DNA from: Candidatus Bathyarchaeum tardum
GTDB lineage: Archaea > Thermoproteota > Bathyarchaeia > Bathyarchaeales > Bathyarchaeaceae
Direction: 5' to 3'
NCBI GenBank assembly: GCA_024650005.2
Contig: CP122380.1
Span: 1,984,001-2,048,000 of the forward strand
DNA: 64,000 nucleotides
Part shown: positions 10,072 through 20,189 of the stretch, one piece after another
Numbering within the stretch: the first letter of the stretch is position 1
Layout: the number at the start of each line of letters is the position of its first letter
The notes under the pieces: generated by a model
What the model was told of the DNA's origin: nothing
Databases searched by the model: none
What the model saw: only the letters and a program-made list of their open reading frames with translations
Position numbers and translations under genes: made by a program

Positions 10072-10284
10072 ATGACCATTATTAAAGTAATTGAGCTAGT
10101 TGGAGTTTCAGATAAAAACTGGCAAGATGCTGTTGACAATGCTATTGAACGAGCAGCAAAAACAATTAGAAACATACAAGGCGTAGATGTTCTAAGCTGG
10201 ACTGGGCATGTAGAAAACGGAAAGATTGTTGAGTATCGAACAAATGTCAAAATTGCTTTTGCTGTTGACAAAGTGTCTTGCTAA
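10072..10284 (+). CDS. Dodecin (flavin-binding protein)
   Basis: KVIELVGVS..NWQDAVDNAIERAAKTIRNI...GKIVEYRTNVKIAF; gaggtga RBS. Confidence 0.92.
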   Translation: MTIIKVIELVGVSDKNWQDAVDNAIERAAKTIRNIQGVDVLSWTGHVENGKIVEYRTNVKIAFAVDKVSC

Positions 10285-10365
10285 GTGCAAGAATTTGAGT
10301 GATCATCCCTTGTTCGATAATCCTATTAAGAAGATAGAACATGTGTTTTATGGGGGCAAATAATT

Positions 10366-10581
10366 TTGATTATTAAAGAAGATAATGGGAATTGGCTTGC
10401 AAAATGTGATCTTTGCCAATGGAAAACTTTACAACCAAAAAGAAGTCAGGCACAGAACAAATTGTCGAACCATATTAACAAGGTACACAAAAAAGGAATC
10501 AAAACAATTGATCAACAAAAAGTACCGAATTCACCAGCAAAGATGCCACCAAACCTTCCTGCACCAATCAAAGAGAATTAA
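10366..10581 (+). CDS. Small C2H2-type zinc-finger protein
   Basis: CDLC...HINKVH spacing; Pro-rich tail. Confidence 0.6.
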   Translation: MIIKEDNGNWLAKCDLCQWKTLQPKRSQAQNKLSNHINKVHKKGIKTIDQQKVPNSPAKMPPNLPAPIKEN

Positions 10582-10723
10582 TAATTGATCTCAAAATTCT
10601 CTTTTCTAAATAATTCTTTTGTGTTTCAGTTTTTTGTTTTAAGCCTCTAATTAAATGAGGGAAAATATTGAGTTCTATTTTTATAAAAAAATATTATATG
10701 CGGGTCATAACATACGACATGTC

Positions 10724-11167
10724 ATGAATAATAAAGATGAACAGATTTTGCAGGTGTTAGAAAAAAATGCAAAATTGTCTAGTAGATCTATTGCACAGAA
10801 AATTGGATTACCAATCTCAACAGTCCATAGACGGATAAGGAAGTTAGAACAAGAAAAAATCATCAAGGGTTATAGAGCAAATATTGAATATGAAAAAACC
10901 AATAGACCGATAGGGGCATATCTTTTTGTTAATATATCTGAAACTACGCCTAACACTGACCGTGTTCCAAAATCTAAAATTGTGGATAGTCTTCTAAAAA
11001 ATACAGAGGTACACGAATTAGCTGACGTTCAGGGGGCCAATTTTGATCTAATATTGAAATGTAGATTTGAAACACTTAAAGCGTTATCCTCTTTTATTGA
11101 AAAATTAAGAGGTCAAAGAGGGGTTGAAGAGCTTTTTTCTTCAATAATAACAGATGAAATAGTTTAG
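10724..11167 (+). CDS. Lrp/AsnC-family regulator
   Basis: DEQILQVLEKNAKLSSRSIAQKIGLPISTVHRRIRKLEQEKIIKGY HTH plus RAM domain. Confidence 0.9.
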   Translation: MNNKDEQILQVLEKNAKLSSRSIAQKIGLPISTVHRRIRKLEQEKIIKGYRANIEYEKTNRPIGAYLFVNISETTPNTDRVPKSKIVDSLLKNTEVHELADVQGANFDLILKCRFETLKALSSFIEKLRGQRGVEELFSSIITDEIV

Positions 11168-11288
11168 AACAAAAACTTTTTCAAAAGTTTAAATTTTTTT
11201 CTCACAAAATGACACATTTTTGCCATTTTTTGGTAGAAATGTACATATGGTCTAGCAATAAATTTAACAATTTAATGGAGCAACAAAA

Positions 11289-11477
11289 ATGAAACTTAAT
11301 GTAAAACACATCTGGGTATTTGCTTTTATTTCAGACATGCTTGCAATTTATTTTGCTTTTAACCAAGAACTAATAGGTGTTATTGGGTTTACAAGTTTAT
11401 ATATTGCATTGCTAGCAAGCACAAAATGGGTAAACATTGAAAAAACACGTAACAATTTGGAAGCAGTGATGGGTTGA
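11289..11477 (+). CDS. Small two-TM membrane protein
   Basis: Two hydrophobic segments, ggag RBS, downstream of Lrp. Confidence 0.55.
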   Translation: MKLNVKHIWVFAFISDMLAIYFAFNQELIGVIGFTSLYIALLASTKWVNIEKTRNNLEAVMG

Positions 11478-11606
11478 AATTCATAAACAGATATGAAATC
11501 GACACAAAACCAACTTTTTTTAAGGTAAACTACCTTACGAAATCATGAAGTGAAACCGTTTATATTTACCATAACTATAAATTGTTTATAGAAGAAGGGG
11601 GATAAT

Positions 11607-11912
11607 TTGACAGCAAAGAAAATAAATTTTAAAGGAAGACTCGAAGCAGATAACTTGATTTTTCAAAAAGACACTTGTTTTCCTGAGACTTACAAAATCT
11701 TTTTTCCTTTAGATTCAACTCCTGATTCCAAATGGGAAAAATGTTTTGATAGAGTGGCTCGTATTAATGAAGCCTATTTGGGTCGAAGCATTTCAATTAG
11801 TGGAGATAATTTAGTAATTATTGCACCACTTGATGAATTAGACAGACAAATGTTTGAAAAATTGCAGGAAATTATGGACGACACCAATCGTTGTGTTGAA
11901 GAACAAGGCTAG
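11607..11912 (+). CDS. Hypothetical protein
   Basis: 101-aa ORF with purine-rich RBS and upstream TATA-like sequence. Confidence 0.55.
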   Translation: MTAKKINFKGRLEADNLIFQKDTCFPETYKIFFPLDSTPDSKWEKCFDRVARINEAYLGRSISISGDNLVIIAPLDELDRQMFEKLQEIMDDTNRCVEEQG

Positions 11913-11948
11913 AAAATGAGATTATAGTTAAATTGTGTATGTTTCAGA

Positions 11949-12284
11949 TTAAAAATAACAACAACCGTGTTCTTTTAACATTTTGAACATATCTTTTTGA
12001 TCCTCTGATGTGACGTCAAAACTTTCAACTAATTCATTTATTAGTTTGTTTAGGATGGATTCTGCTTCAATTAATTTTTCGGCCAAATAAATTTGATTTT
12101 CTCCCATTTGAATTTGTTTTAAAATGACATGAATGGCTTTTCCAAAAGTATACCACCCTATTTTGAAACCATATTTGTTAAACAAATCTAATTGTTCAAA
12201 ATCTTCTATAGGAGTTAAGTTTTCAAGTTGAAGATCTAAGCCATTTTTTGATGCAACCAGTAATCCACTAGTCATAATCATCAC
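11949..12284 (-). CDS. Hypothetical protein
   Basis: 111-aa ORF in an AT-rich patch, helical composition. Confidence 0.45.
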   Translation of the reverse strand: MMIMTSGLLVASKNGLDLQLENLTPIEDFEQLDLFNKYGFKIGWYTFGKAIHVILKQIQMGENQIYLAEKLIEAESILNKLINELVESFDVTSEDQKDMFKMLKEHGCCYF

Positions 12285-12394
12285 ATTAGCTAGAATAGAA
12301 TTTGTATATTGTTACTATTAAAGAGCTTACTGAAAAATTTTGTACAACCTAAAAAACTTTAGTCTTAATTTTTCTTAGAAAGACACCTAAGTTT

Positions 12395-12563
12395 TTAACT
12401 AATTTTTTCTCCTCCACCATAAGTAAAAGACAACTCAAAACATTTCGGGCATTTTAACATATCCCTTCGGTGGTGATCCGTAAATCTTTTCCCCCAAATG
12501 TTCTGTATCGCATTTTGGTGGAAACTTGTGAACTTTCTTATCTTTAACACAATATTTGCCCAA
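12395..12563 (-). pseudogene. Frameshifted small zinc-binding protein (Ada-metal-domain-like H..C..CxxC)
   Basis: gaggggag RBS, TTG start, MGKYCVKDKKVHKFPPKC...GYVK; skipping one A in the A4 run at 12452-12455 gives CPKCFEL... Confidence 0.5.
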
Positions 12564-12905
12564 ATGTTCTCCCCTCGCTTAAAAATGGTTTTCCTTATTT
12601 TTCAATTTTTCGTAAGCAATAAAATACATTTGGTTTCTTTATGGCATCGTTAAACAATTCACAGTTCATTAAAATAGTAATTAGACGAGAATAGGTTTTG
12701 GGTTTGTGATAAATTATTCAGCATTGCAGTAATAATCTGACAATCCAAACATGCCTAAACAACAGTTTTATTAACCCCTATCCGAATTACTAGAATCCAA
12801 TAAATTAGGTATATTAGACAAAAAAGTATGTATAATAAAGGTCCACACATTTGTCAATGTATACTTAATAATCTCAAAAAGAATTTAGAGTATGAGGAAA
12901 AGAGG

Positions 12906-13205
12906 ATGCCAGTAAAACGAAAATCCAGAGGCAGAGCAAAAGGAAGCAAAGGAAAAGGATCACTTGTTCAATGTCAAGGGTGTGGACAGCAAGTGCCACG
13001 TGACAAAGCAAAACGTGTTTCCCGAAGAGTTTCGTTAGTTGACTCTCTACTCTACAAGGAACTTAAACAACAAGGCACATACATTGCCAGCAGCCAAGAA
13101 ACAAAATTCTATTGCATCTCATGTGCAGTACACCGTGGAGTAGTCAAAGTACGCAACAAAGACGAACGCCGATCAGGTCCTCCAAAAAGACCCAGACGCA
13201 GATAA
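12906..13205 (+). CDS. rps26e: 30S ribosomal protein S26e
   Basis: MPVKRKSRGRAKG...CQGCGQQVPRDKAK...YCISCAVHRGVVKVR. Confidence 0.96.
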   Translation: MPVKRKSRGRAKGSKGKGSLVQCQGCGQQVPRDKAKRVSRRVSLVDSLLYKELKQQGTYIASSQETKFYCISCAVHRGVVKVRNKDERRSGPPKRPRRR

Positions 13206-13229
13206 ACAATTTCTTTCTTCTTTTAATTT

Positions 13230-13820
13230 TTATTTTGCCGCTTTGCGGAAATAGTTCACCCGCTGTAAAACTGTAAAGTTTGTTAATACAGCAAGGATTA
13301 GGATACTCCAGTTTAATGCATCAATCCAGAAATAGCTAACAAAGCTTGCTAACCCAACTAAAACTATACGTTCTGCACGTTCTGCTAAGCCTACAGACTC
13401 CATTTTTACTTCAGCTGCTTCTGAACGTGCCCGAGCATAGCTAACCATCATGGAACCCACCAAAGCAGCAAGACCCCAAGCAATATTGGTCAAGCCCCCA
13501 ACGATAATTCCGCACAGAACAATAGCGTCAGCATATCGGTCAAGCATAGAATCAAAAAATGCACCAAAGGTTGTTGCTTTTCCGTGGACTCGAGCGATTA
13601 CTCCGTCCACGGCATCAAATAATCCAGAGACTAGCATTAGAACAGGGGCAAGTATCAAAAATGTTCGATTAACATGCCATTGAGAATAAACCACGCCAGC
13701 GAGTATAGAAAAACTGATTCCCAAGATGCTAACGTGATTAGGAGTTAAACCTAAACTGTGAAACGTATTCGCAGTTGAAGTCAAGGCGGTTTGGACTTGT
13801 TTTTTTAGTTTTGTAAGCAC
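13230..13820 (-). CDS. CDP-alcohol phosphatidyltransferase (archaetidylinositol-phosphate synthase-like)
   Basis: LTPN, DAVDGVIAR...GAFFDSMLDRYAD signature, SYARARSE, ERAER. Confidence 0.92.
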   Translation of the reverse strand: MLTKLKKQVQTALTSTANTFHSLGLTPNHVSILGISFSILAGVVYSQWHVNRTFLILAPVLMLVSGLFDAVDGVIARVHGKATTFGAFFDSMLDRYADAIVLCGIIVGGLTNIAWGLAALVGSMMVSYARARSEAAEVKMESVGLAERAERIVLVGLASFVSYFWIDALNWSILILAVLTNFTVLQRVNYFRKAAK

Positions 13821-13912
13821 GGTTTATATTCCACACTTAATTGTTCAAGTTAACAGTAACGGCTAATGGTTTCTTAGATTTACGGTCAACCCAGATTAAA
13901 CAGCTTTGGTAA

Positions 13913-15367
13913 CTAATAAGCCGAAGCAACCCGCACAACGTTTTCAGCGGATTCGTCACAAATGACACATTTACCATCAATCTTTTCATTGATATCTTCA
14001 GGGATTCCCAGCAGCCGAGCGTCAACTTCTTCTTCTAGCTTATGACCGCATTCCTCTTTGCCACACCATGGAACTTCAACTATGCCGGTTTTGCGTTTCA
14101 ATAAACTTTTGGCTTCAGTAAGTCGACTTACACGATAAATGTGCTGTTTCATCAAAGCCGCAGCGCTTGTTTTCAAGTCTGCTGTGACTGTTTCTGCCAA
14201 AAAGTGGACACCAGAAACAACTTCATCCATTTTTAGTTGCTGTTTCTTCAAGGTGTCTCGCCTAACAACCGTAACAACACCATTAGCCAAATCCCGTGGA
14301 CCAATTTCGATGCGAATAGGCACTCCACGAAGTTCCCAGTAATAGAACTTGTTTCCAGGAGTCAACTCGTTTCTGTTGTCTAACTCCACGCGGTAACCTG
14401 CATTTTTCAAAATTTCAGCAACTTGGGCACAGGCTTGCTTGACTTCTGTTTCCTGTCCTTTGTAAGGAACCGGAACCACAACCACCTGCACGGGAGCAAT
14501 TTCAGGAGGCAAAACAATACCATTATCGTCTCCATGGGCGATGAAAATTGCAGCGATTCCTCGTCCAGAAATGCCGTAACTGGTGGTCCAGATGTATTGT
14601 TGATCTCCGTCTTTGGTTTCATATTTTATGTCGAAAGCTTTGCCAAAGTTTTGTCCAAGATTGTGCACAGTTCCAATTTGCAAAACTCTACCATCGGGAC
14701 ATAACAAATCAAACGCTAAAGTGTAAAGGGCACCTGCAAACTTGTCCCAGTCAGGGCGTTTAGAAAGCACGTAAGGAACTCCCACAGAATCAAAAAATTG
14801 TTTGTACAATTCGATAGCTTGCCGGACTTGTTGTTCGGCTTCTTCGCCGTCAGCGTGGCAGGTATGGGCTTCTTTGAAGGTAGCAACTTCCCGCATTCTG
14901 ATTATTGGACGGGTTGCTTTGGTTTCGTATCGGAAAACGTTCACAACTTGGTAAAGTTTCATGGGCAAATCTACATGGGAACGTATCCAAAGCTTGAGCA
15001 TAGGAGCAATAACAGTTTCACTGGTAGGTCGTAACGCGAACCGGACCTTAAGTGGCTCGTACCCCCCATGAGTGACCCAGAAGCATTCCCCTTCAAAACT
15101 TTTTATGTGATCGGCTTCTTGAGCCAAAGAAGTCTCAGGAATAAGTAAAGGAAACAAGGTTTCGTCATGCCCAGTGTTATCTAGCAGGTCGCGCAGGATT
15201 TGGAGAGTGTTTTTTCGTATCTTAAACCCGTAAGGCATCCAAACTCCTGAACCCTTAACAGGATAGCGATAATCCATTATTCCCGCATTAATCAGAACAT
15301 CACGGAACCATTCACCAAAATCTTCACGCCATTTTTGTCGTTTCACAGGCAAACCGTACACCCTCAA
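13913..15367 (-). CDS. proS: Prolyl-tRNA synthetase (archaeal/eukaryotic type)
   Basis: LRPTSET, FRYETKATRP, GTVHNLGQNF, C-terminal zinc domain ending ..AY. Confidence 0.97.
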   Translation of the reverse strand: MRVYGLPVKRQKWREDFGEWFRDVLINAGIMDYRYPVKGSGVWMPYGFKIRKNTLQILRDLLDNTGHDETLFPLLIPETSLAQEADHIKSFEGECFWVTHGGYEPLKVRFALRPTSETVIAPMLKLWIRSHVDLPMKLYQVVNVFRYETKATRPIIRMREVATFKEAHTCHADGEEAEQQVRQAIELYKQFFDSVGVPYVLSKRPDWDKFAGALYTLAFDLLCPDGRVLQIGTVHNLGQNFGKAFDIKYETKDGDQQYIWTTSYGISGRGIAAIFIAHGDDNGIVLPPEIAPVQVVVVPVPYKGQETEVKQACAQVAEILKNAGYRVELDNRNELTPGNKFYYWELRGVPIRIEIGPRDLANGVVTVVRRDTLKKQQLKMDEVVSGVHFLAETVTADLKTSAAALMKQHIYRVSRLTEAKSLLKRKTGIVEVPWCGKEECGHKLEEEVDARLLGIPEDINEKIDGKCVICDESAENVVRVASAY

Positions 15368-15590
15368 ACTTCACAACATTAACGACCCATAATAAAAAAC
15401 TGTAAGATATTTATGTTATTCAACCAGCACAATACGCAAAAACAGTTACAAGATTGATTTAAAGCCAGCGTTCAACAAACATACAAAAATCAAGTCAAAA
15501 AATGTTGACCAAACAAAACATCTGATGGTCAAGAAAGTTTGACAAAAATCCTTTTACTTTTTCAGGTATTAGATGTAATTCGGTATTACA

Positions 15591-17276
15591 ATGCAGAAAA
15601 TATTTGGTATTCTAGTTTTGTTACTTCTTAACTCATGTCTGTTTTCTGTTCTGCCAAGTGTAAATTCTGTTGAATCAGAACAGTCAATTATAATCAAATC
15701 AGATGGTTCAATCACAGGAACAGATAAGATTGAACATGATGGCGACTATTACTATTTAACAGATGACATTAATGTTTCCAATTTTACTCTTGGAATTTTC
15801 GCAGGAATTACAGTTCAAAGAGACAACATTATCCTTGATGGAAAGGGTTTCAGCATTCAAAATAATGCCTCGTTTTCTTCAGGCATTGACCTTTCTGGGC
15901 GATCAAATGTAACTCTGCAGAATTTGAACATTATAGGTTTTTGTATTGGACTTTATATGTTCGATGGAACCTCAAACAACATAATTGTTGAAAACACAAT
16001 AATCGGTCCCAGTGACCAAAGTTTCCAAATTGGCATTTGGCTTCAAGGTTCAACTAACGATAAACTGATAAACAACACAGTGAAAGGATACAACGAATTT
16101 GGTGTTTACCTTTATTTAACAAGTAATTGTTACATTTCTGGCAACGTAGTAACTGACAACAAAATTGGAATTAGTGTTGAATACTCTACAGGCAACATAT
16201 TTCGTGACAACCAAATATATGGAAATACAGAAAATTTCTTAGTTGCCTTCAAAGACTTTGAAGATGTTGTTCATGACGCTGACGACTCAAACATTGTCAA
16301 CGGCAAACCCATCTATTATTGGGTGAATAAACATAACATATCAGTTCCGTTTGATGCGGGTTTTGTAGCGTTAATAAACTGTTCAGGAATATCTGTTCAA
16401 AACTTAGAAATCTCGAACAATGGTGTTGGAATCCTTTGTTATTCAACAACTGGTTCGGCGATAAAAAATAATACGTTCGAACTCAACGGCAACACAATTG
16501 AAATAAGAAACTCTCAAAACATCACAGTTTCGTTCAACACAATAAATGGCAGCATACATTCAGGGATTCGGCTTGCAAGTTCATACAACATTCAAATTTT
16601 CGAAAACATGTTAGTTAACAATGCTTTTGGAATCACACTATCTGGATACAACTATCAACACACTGGTTATGAGGGCTCAAACAATGTATCAATACGGTGC
16701 AACAATTTTACCGGAAATACCCCTGCAATTGATGTCAGCCGATCCAACAATAATATCATATCTGGAAATAACTTCACAGATAACGGTTCTGCAGGAATTA
16801 GATTAGTTAATTGTCAAGAAAATTTAGTAGTGAACAATACATTTACGGCAAACCTTGCACCTGCAGTTTACTTGTCAGGAGCCACCAACAACATTTTTTA
16901 TCATAACAACTTCATCAATAATAGAACAGAAGGTCTTTCAATTTCTAACCCTTGGTTTTGGGGGTCGGGAGAATCTGAAAGTAATAATTGGGATAACGGA
17001 TATGAAGGAAATTATTGGAGCGACCATTCTACAAGATATCCGAATGCAACAGAATTAGATAATTCAAGCATATGGAACACACCATTTGTTATTAACGAAG
17101 TAAACATTGACCACTTCCCCTTAACAGACCCTGTTGAAATCGAATTAGTAACAATCCCAGAATTTGAGTCATACATAATGTTATTGATAATCGGAACTGC
17201 AACATTTGTAATTACTGTACTTGTAATTATTATATATAGAAAAAAAATAGATAATAGCGTAAAACAACAAAATTGA
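15591..17276 (+). CDS. NosD-type right-handed beta-helix surface protein with PEF-CTERM-like anchor
   Basis: Signal peptide, Asn-rich helix repeats, NGKPIYYWVN, GNYWSD, DHFPL, IPEF plus TM plus RKK. Confidence 0.88.
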   Translation: MQKIFGILVLLLLNSCLFSVLPSVNSVESEQSIIIKSDGSITGTDKIEHDGDYYYLTDDINVSNFTLGIFAGITVQRDNIILDGKGFSIQNNASFSSGIDLSGRSNVTLQNLNIIGFCIGLYMFDGTSNNIIVENTIIGPSDQSFQIGIWLQGSTNDKLINNTVKGYNEFGVYLYLTSNCYISGNVVTDNKIGISVEYSTGNIFRDNQIYGNTENFLVAFKDFEDVVHDADDSNIVNGKPIYYWVNKHNISVPFDAGFVALINCSGISVQNLEISNNGVGILCYSTTGSAIKNNTFELNGNTIEIRNSQNITVSFNTINGSIHSGIRLASSYNIQIFENMLVNNAFGITLSGYNYQHTGYEGSNNVSIRCNNFTGNTPAIDVSRSNNNIISGNNFTDNGSAGIRLVNCQENLVVNNTFTANLAPAVYLSGATNNIFYHNNFINNRTEGLSISNPWFWGSGESESNNWDNGYEGNYWSDHSTRYPNATELDNSSIWNTPFVINEVNIDHFPLTDPVEIELVTIPEFESYIMLLIIGTATFVITVLVIIIYRKKIDNSVKQQN

Positions 17277-17666
17277 AAAATATATACGAAGCTCAAAGGT
17301 CCACACGTTTGTGCAGTATATATGGAGGTTAACAGAAGGAGAATATCGAAACGACCTATTTTTTGAAATTGTTCTGCACTACACACTTTTAGATTCAAAA
17401 GTTCACTCTTGCATTGGTAAATTTTGTTCTAAGATTTGTTGATCATTATAGTTTTGGTTTTGTTTGGTTACAGCCACAATTTTTTTGTTGTTTTGTGAAT
17501 CAAGTTGAGAGGGAATATTTTATTGAGTTATTTTTTGACATTTTTATGTTAATTTGCCACGGTTATTGTAAAAAATGCCATTGAAAGTTAACGCGTCAAT
17601 GTAGACTATTTAGGCAAAATTTATATTATCGCATTTAAGTTGCTATTGGAATTACGGTGAAATATC

Positions 17667-18614
17667 GTGATAACTTTAGTCTTAAGCATCGCCGCACTGG
17701 CAGCGAGCCTGATTATACTTTATTGGGGCTCCAAGCGAATAGTCAGAGGTGCTTCAGGACTGTCTTCTTGCTTAAACATCAGTAGAGTAGTTGTTGGAAC
17801 CGTTTTTGTTGCCTTTGTAACCGCCCTGCCCGAACTGCTTAGTTCAGTTTTCGCAGTTGGCTTAGGCTCATCCCACATGGCCTTGGGAAACATAATTGGC
17901 TCAAACATTTACAACATTCCCCTTATCATCGGAATCTGCGGCCTAGTCGGTGGAGGACTTCAAATAAAGAACGCATCCATCAACAAAGAATGCATGTTCA
18001 TGCTCGGTCTTAGCGTTATGCTGGTCACCTTACTAGCAGTAATGCAACAGGTAACATGGTGGATGGGTGCAATTTTTATCACATTTTATCCCATATTCAT
18101 TTACCACTCAATCAAAAACGGAACATGCACTGTTGAAGAAAATTGCTCAGAACACAAGCCCAACAAGAAAAACATAGGCACAGACATACTTCTCGGAGCA
18201 ACGGCTCTGGTAATCAGCACATTCATATTGGTAAACAGCGCCATCACGATATCTACAATCTTTGGATTAGACCAATTCTATGTTGGACTCACAGTACTAG
18301 CCCTTGGATGTGTTGTCCCAGAAGTCGCAGTCTCCGTGGCTGCAGCCCTTGCTGGTGAAGAAGAGATAACAATCGGCAACGTAATCGGTGACAATATGCT
18401 GACTCTCACTCTTGTTTTTGGAACCGTGGGATTAACATCCCAATTTACTGTTTCATTGGCTGAAATTTTGTATACCGCACCTTTTATGATAATTGCAACT
18501 CTTATGCTGTTCACCATGAACAAACTAGGGCACAACGTGAACAAAACGTGGAGTGTTGTAATGCTAGCCACAGCAGGGATAGCTTTTGTTTTCCAAACTT
18601 CAATCCCCATTTAG
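17667..18614 (+). CDS. Ca2+/Na+ antiporter (CaCA, YrbG-like)
   Basis: Alpha repeats TALPEL...GNIIGSNIYN and CVVPEV...GNVIGDNML. Confidence 0.9.
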   Translation: MITLVLSIAALAASLIILYWGSKRIVRGASGLSSCLNISRVVVGTVFVAFVTALPELLSSVFAVGLGSSHMALGNIIGSNIYNIPLIIGICGLVGGGLQIKNASINKECMFMLGLSVMLVTLLAVMQQVTWWMGAIFITFYPIFIYHSIKNGTCTVEENCSEHKPNKKNIGTDILLGATALVISTFILVNSAITISTIFGLDQFYVGLTVLALGCVVPEVAVSVAAALAGEEEITIGNVIGDNMLTLTLVFGTVGLTSQFTVSLAEILYTAPFMIIATLMLFTMNKLGHNVNKTWSVVMLATAGIAFVFQTSIPI

Positions 18615-18707
18615 ACAAATAATCCAAGACTGATTTTTTACGGAAAAAGTTAAAGTGATAGTTTGCAACCTGAAAGATTACATCCGTCATTGTTGGAGAG
18701 AAACTGA

Positions 18708-19295
18708 TTGCTCGAAGCGTGGTTACAACAATTCACACAATTTGGGTATCTGGGCATTTTCATTATAAGCTTCGTTGGCTCGGTTTCGGTTATCTTTCCA
18801 ATACCATACACTCTCGTAATCTTTGGCTTAGGAAGCGTTTTAGACCCAGTCCTTATAGCAATCAGCGGAGGACTAGGAGCAGCTCTTGGAGAATTTTCAG
18901 GATACGCTTTAGGTTACTACGGCACATCTAAAATAAGTGAAGAAAGACGCAAAAAAATGGATTTCATGGTAAAAATCTTTGACAAGTATGGACCAGTTAC
19001 AATATTTTTATTTGCATTAACTCCGTTGCCTGACGATCTGCTGTTTATTCCTCTAGGCGTAATGCGTTACTCATTTTTAAAAGCCTTCATACCAGCTATA
19101 ATTGGAAAAACCTTGATGACATTCATTATCGCATACAGTGGTCAACAGTCTTTGGAATTAATCACAGTAATCTTGGGCGAGTCAGGGTTTCTTGGAACAG
19201 CAATCACCGTTGTACTTCTCGCCATAGTAATTTTTGCCATGATAAAAATTGACTGGGAAAAAGTTTTCAAAAAACACGTTGGCTCAAAAGATTGA
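18708..19295 (+). CDS. VTT/DedA-family membrane protein
   Basis: FPIPY, GAALGEFSGY.LG, ALTPLPDD, IGK. Confidence 0.88.
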   Translation: MLEAWLQQFTQFGYLGIFIISFVGSVSVIFPIPYTLVIFGLGSVLDPVLIAISGGLGAALGEFSGYALGYYGTSKISEERRKKMDFMVKIFDKYGPVTIFLFALTPLPDDLLFIPLGVMRYSFLKAFIPAIIGKTLMTFIIAYSGQQSLELITVILGESGFLGTAITVVLLAIVIFAMIKIDWEKVFKKHVGSKD

Positions 19296-19491
19296 AGTAA
19301 CATAAAGGCAATTTTGAACACAGAAGAACCATACAACATTAAATATTGTAATTGAACAAATAAAATTCATTTGTATATGTGAATTAAATAATTTGTTTTA
19401 TGGTAAAAATAGTGTTTAATTAACCCAATAGTAACTAAAAAGCTTAAATATCAGCGCAAGCTCCTTGCATTCTTCTCAGTCGGTACCAAAA

Positions 19492-19680
19492 ATGGTAAAC
19501 AAAGCAAAAGGACGACTCTTCAAGCGAAAAGATGGAAAATATCTAATCTACATCCCTGTAGATTTAGCTGAAGACAGCATGTTCCCATTTCAAACAAATT
19601 CTGCTGTTCCCGTTAAAATCAGCTTCTCCATCGGAGATAACAAACTCATTGTAGAAGATTGGAAGGAAAAAACAGAATGA
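19492..19680 (+). CDS. Small AbrB/MazE-like protein
   Basis: GRLFKRKDGKYLIYIPVDLAEDSMFPF...VKISF...KLIVE swapped-hairpin pattern. Confidence 0.7.
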   Translation: MVNKAKGRLFKRKDGKYLIYIPVDLAEDSMFPFQTNSAVPVKISFSIGDNKLIVEDWKEKTE

Positions 19681-19874
19681 ATCAATCTTTTCAAATAAAC
19701 AGACTTCATCTAGCCGAAAAAATAATGCAATGTTAACCAAAAAGCACCCAACGCGATGATGCCAAAAATTTTACTAGATAAAAAGTCACGATCAATTTAC
19801 ATTTTTATAAATAGAATTATCTTTAGCGCTCACCAAAATAATGGTGGTAAAAGAATTTAAAAGAACAAAAAAAT

Positions 19875-20189
19875 TCAGCCCATTTGGGCAGGCAATTCTA
19901 TCGAGGATACATTTAGTTCATCGAAGACGTGTAGGGCGTTGTTGATTTCTTTGACGTTTCGTAGAGCATTCAAACCTAATTCAGTTATGGCGTAGACTTT
20001 TCGCGATTGGCTTCTTTTGCTTATTGATTGTTCTTTGATTAAATTGCGTTCGATCAAAAAGTCTAGGCATTCTTTTAAGGCGCTGCAGTTTACATTTGCT
20101 TTATAGGTAATGTGAGTTGGCTTTAAACGGCCATGATAGGCCAAAGCCCGAAGAATTGCGATATGAATTTCCAATTTAGAGCGTCTCAT
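19875..20189 (-). CDS. Archaeal winged-helix regulator (HTH_45-like)
   Basis: MRRSKLEI..ILRAL...THITYKANVN...L.FL...Y.ITELG. Confidence 0.85.
   Translation of the reverse strand: MRRSKLEIHIAILRALAYHGRLKPTHITYKANVNCSALKECLDFLIERNLIKEQSISKRSQSRKVYAITELGLNALRNVKEINNALHVFDELNVSSIELPAQMG

Noticed and set aside
12493-12570. 12-bp direct repeat cccaaatgttct
   Set aside because: Only two copies, lying within or at the start of the small zinc-protein ORF; no further structure.
12837-17312. 18-nt near-identical repeat aaaggtccacac(a/g)tttgt at 12837-12854 and 17295-17312
   Set aside because: A 17/18 match is plausible by chance in 64 kb of AT-rich DNA, and it flanks core genes (rps26e, proS), so it is not an att or target-site duplication.
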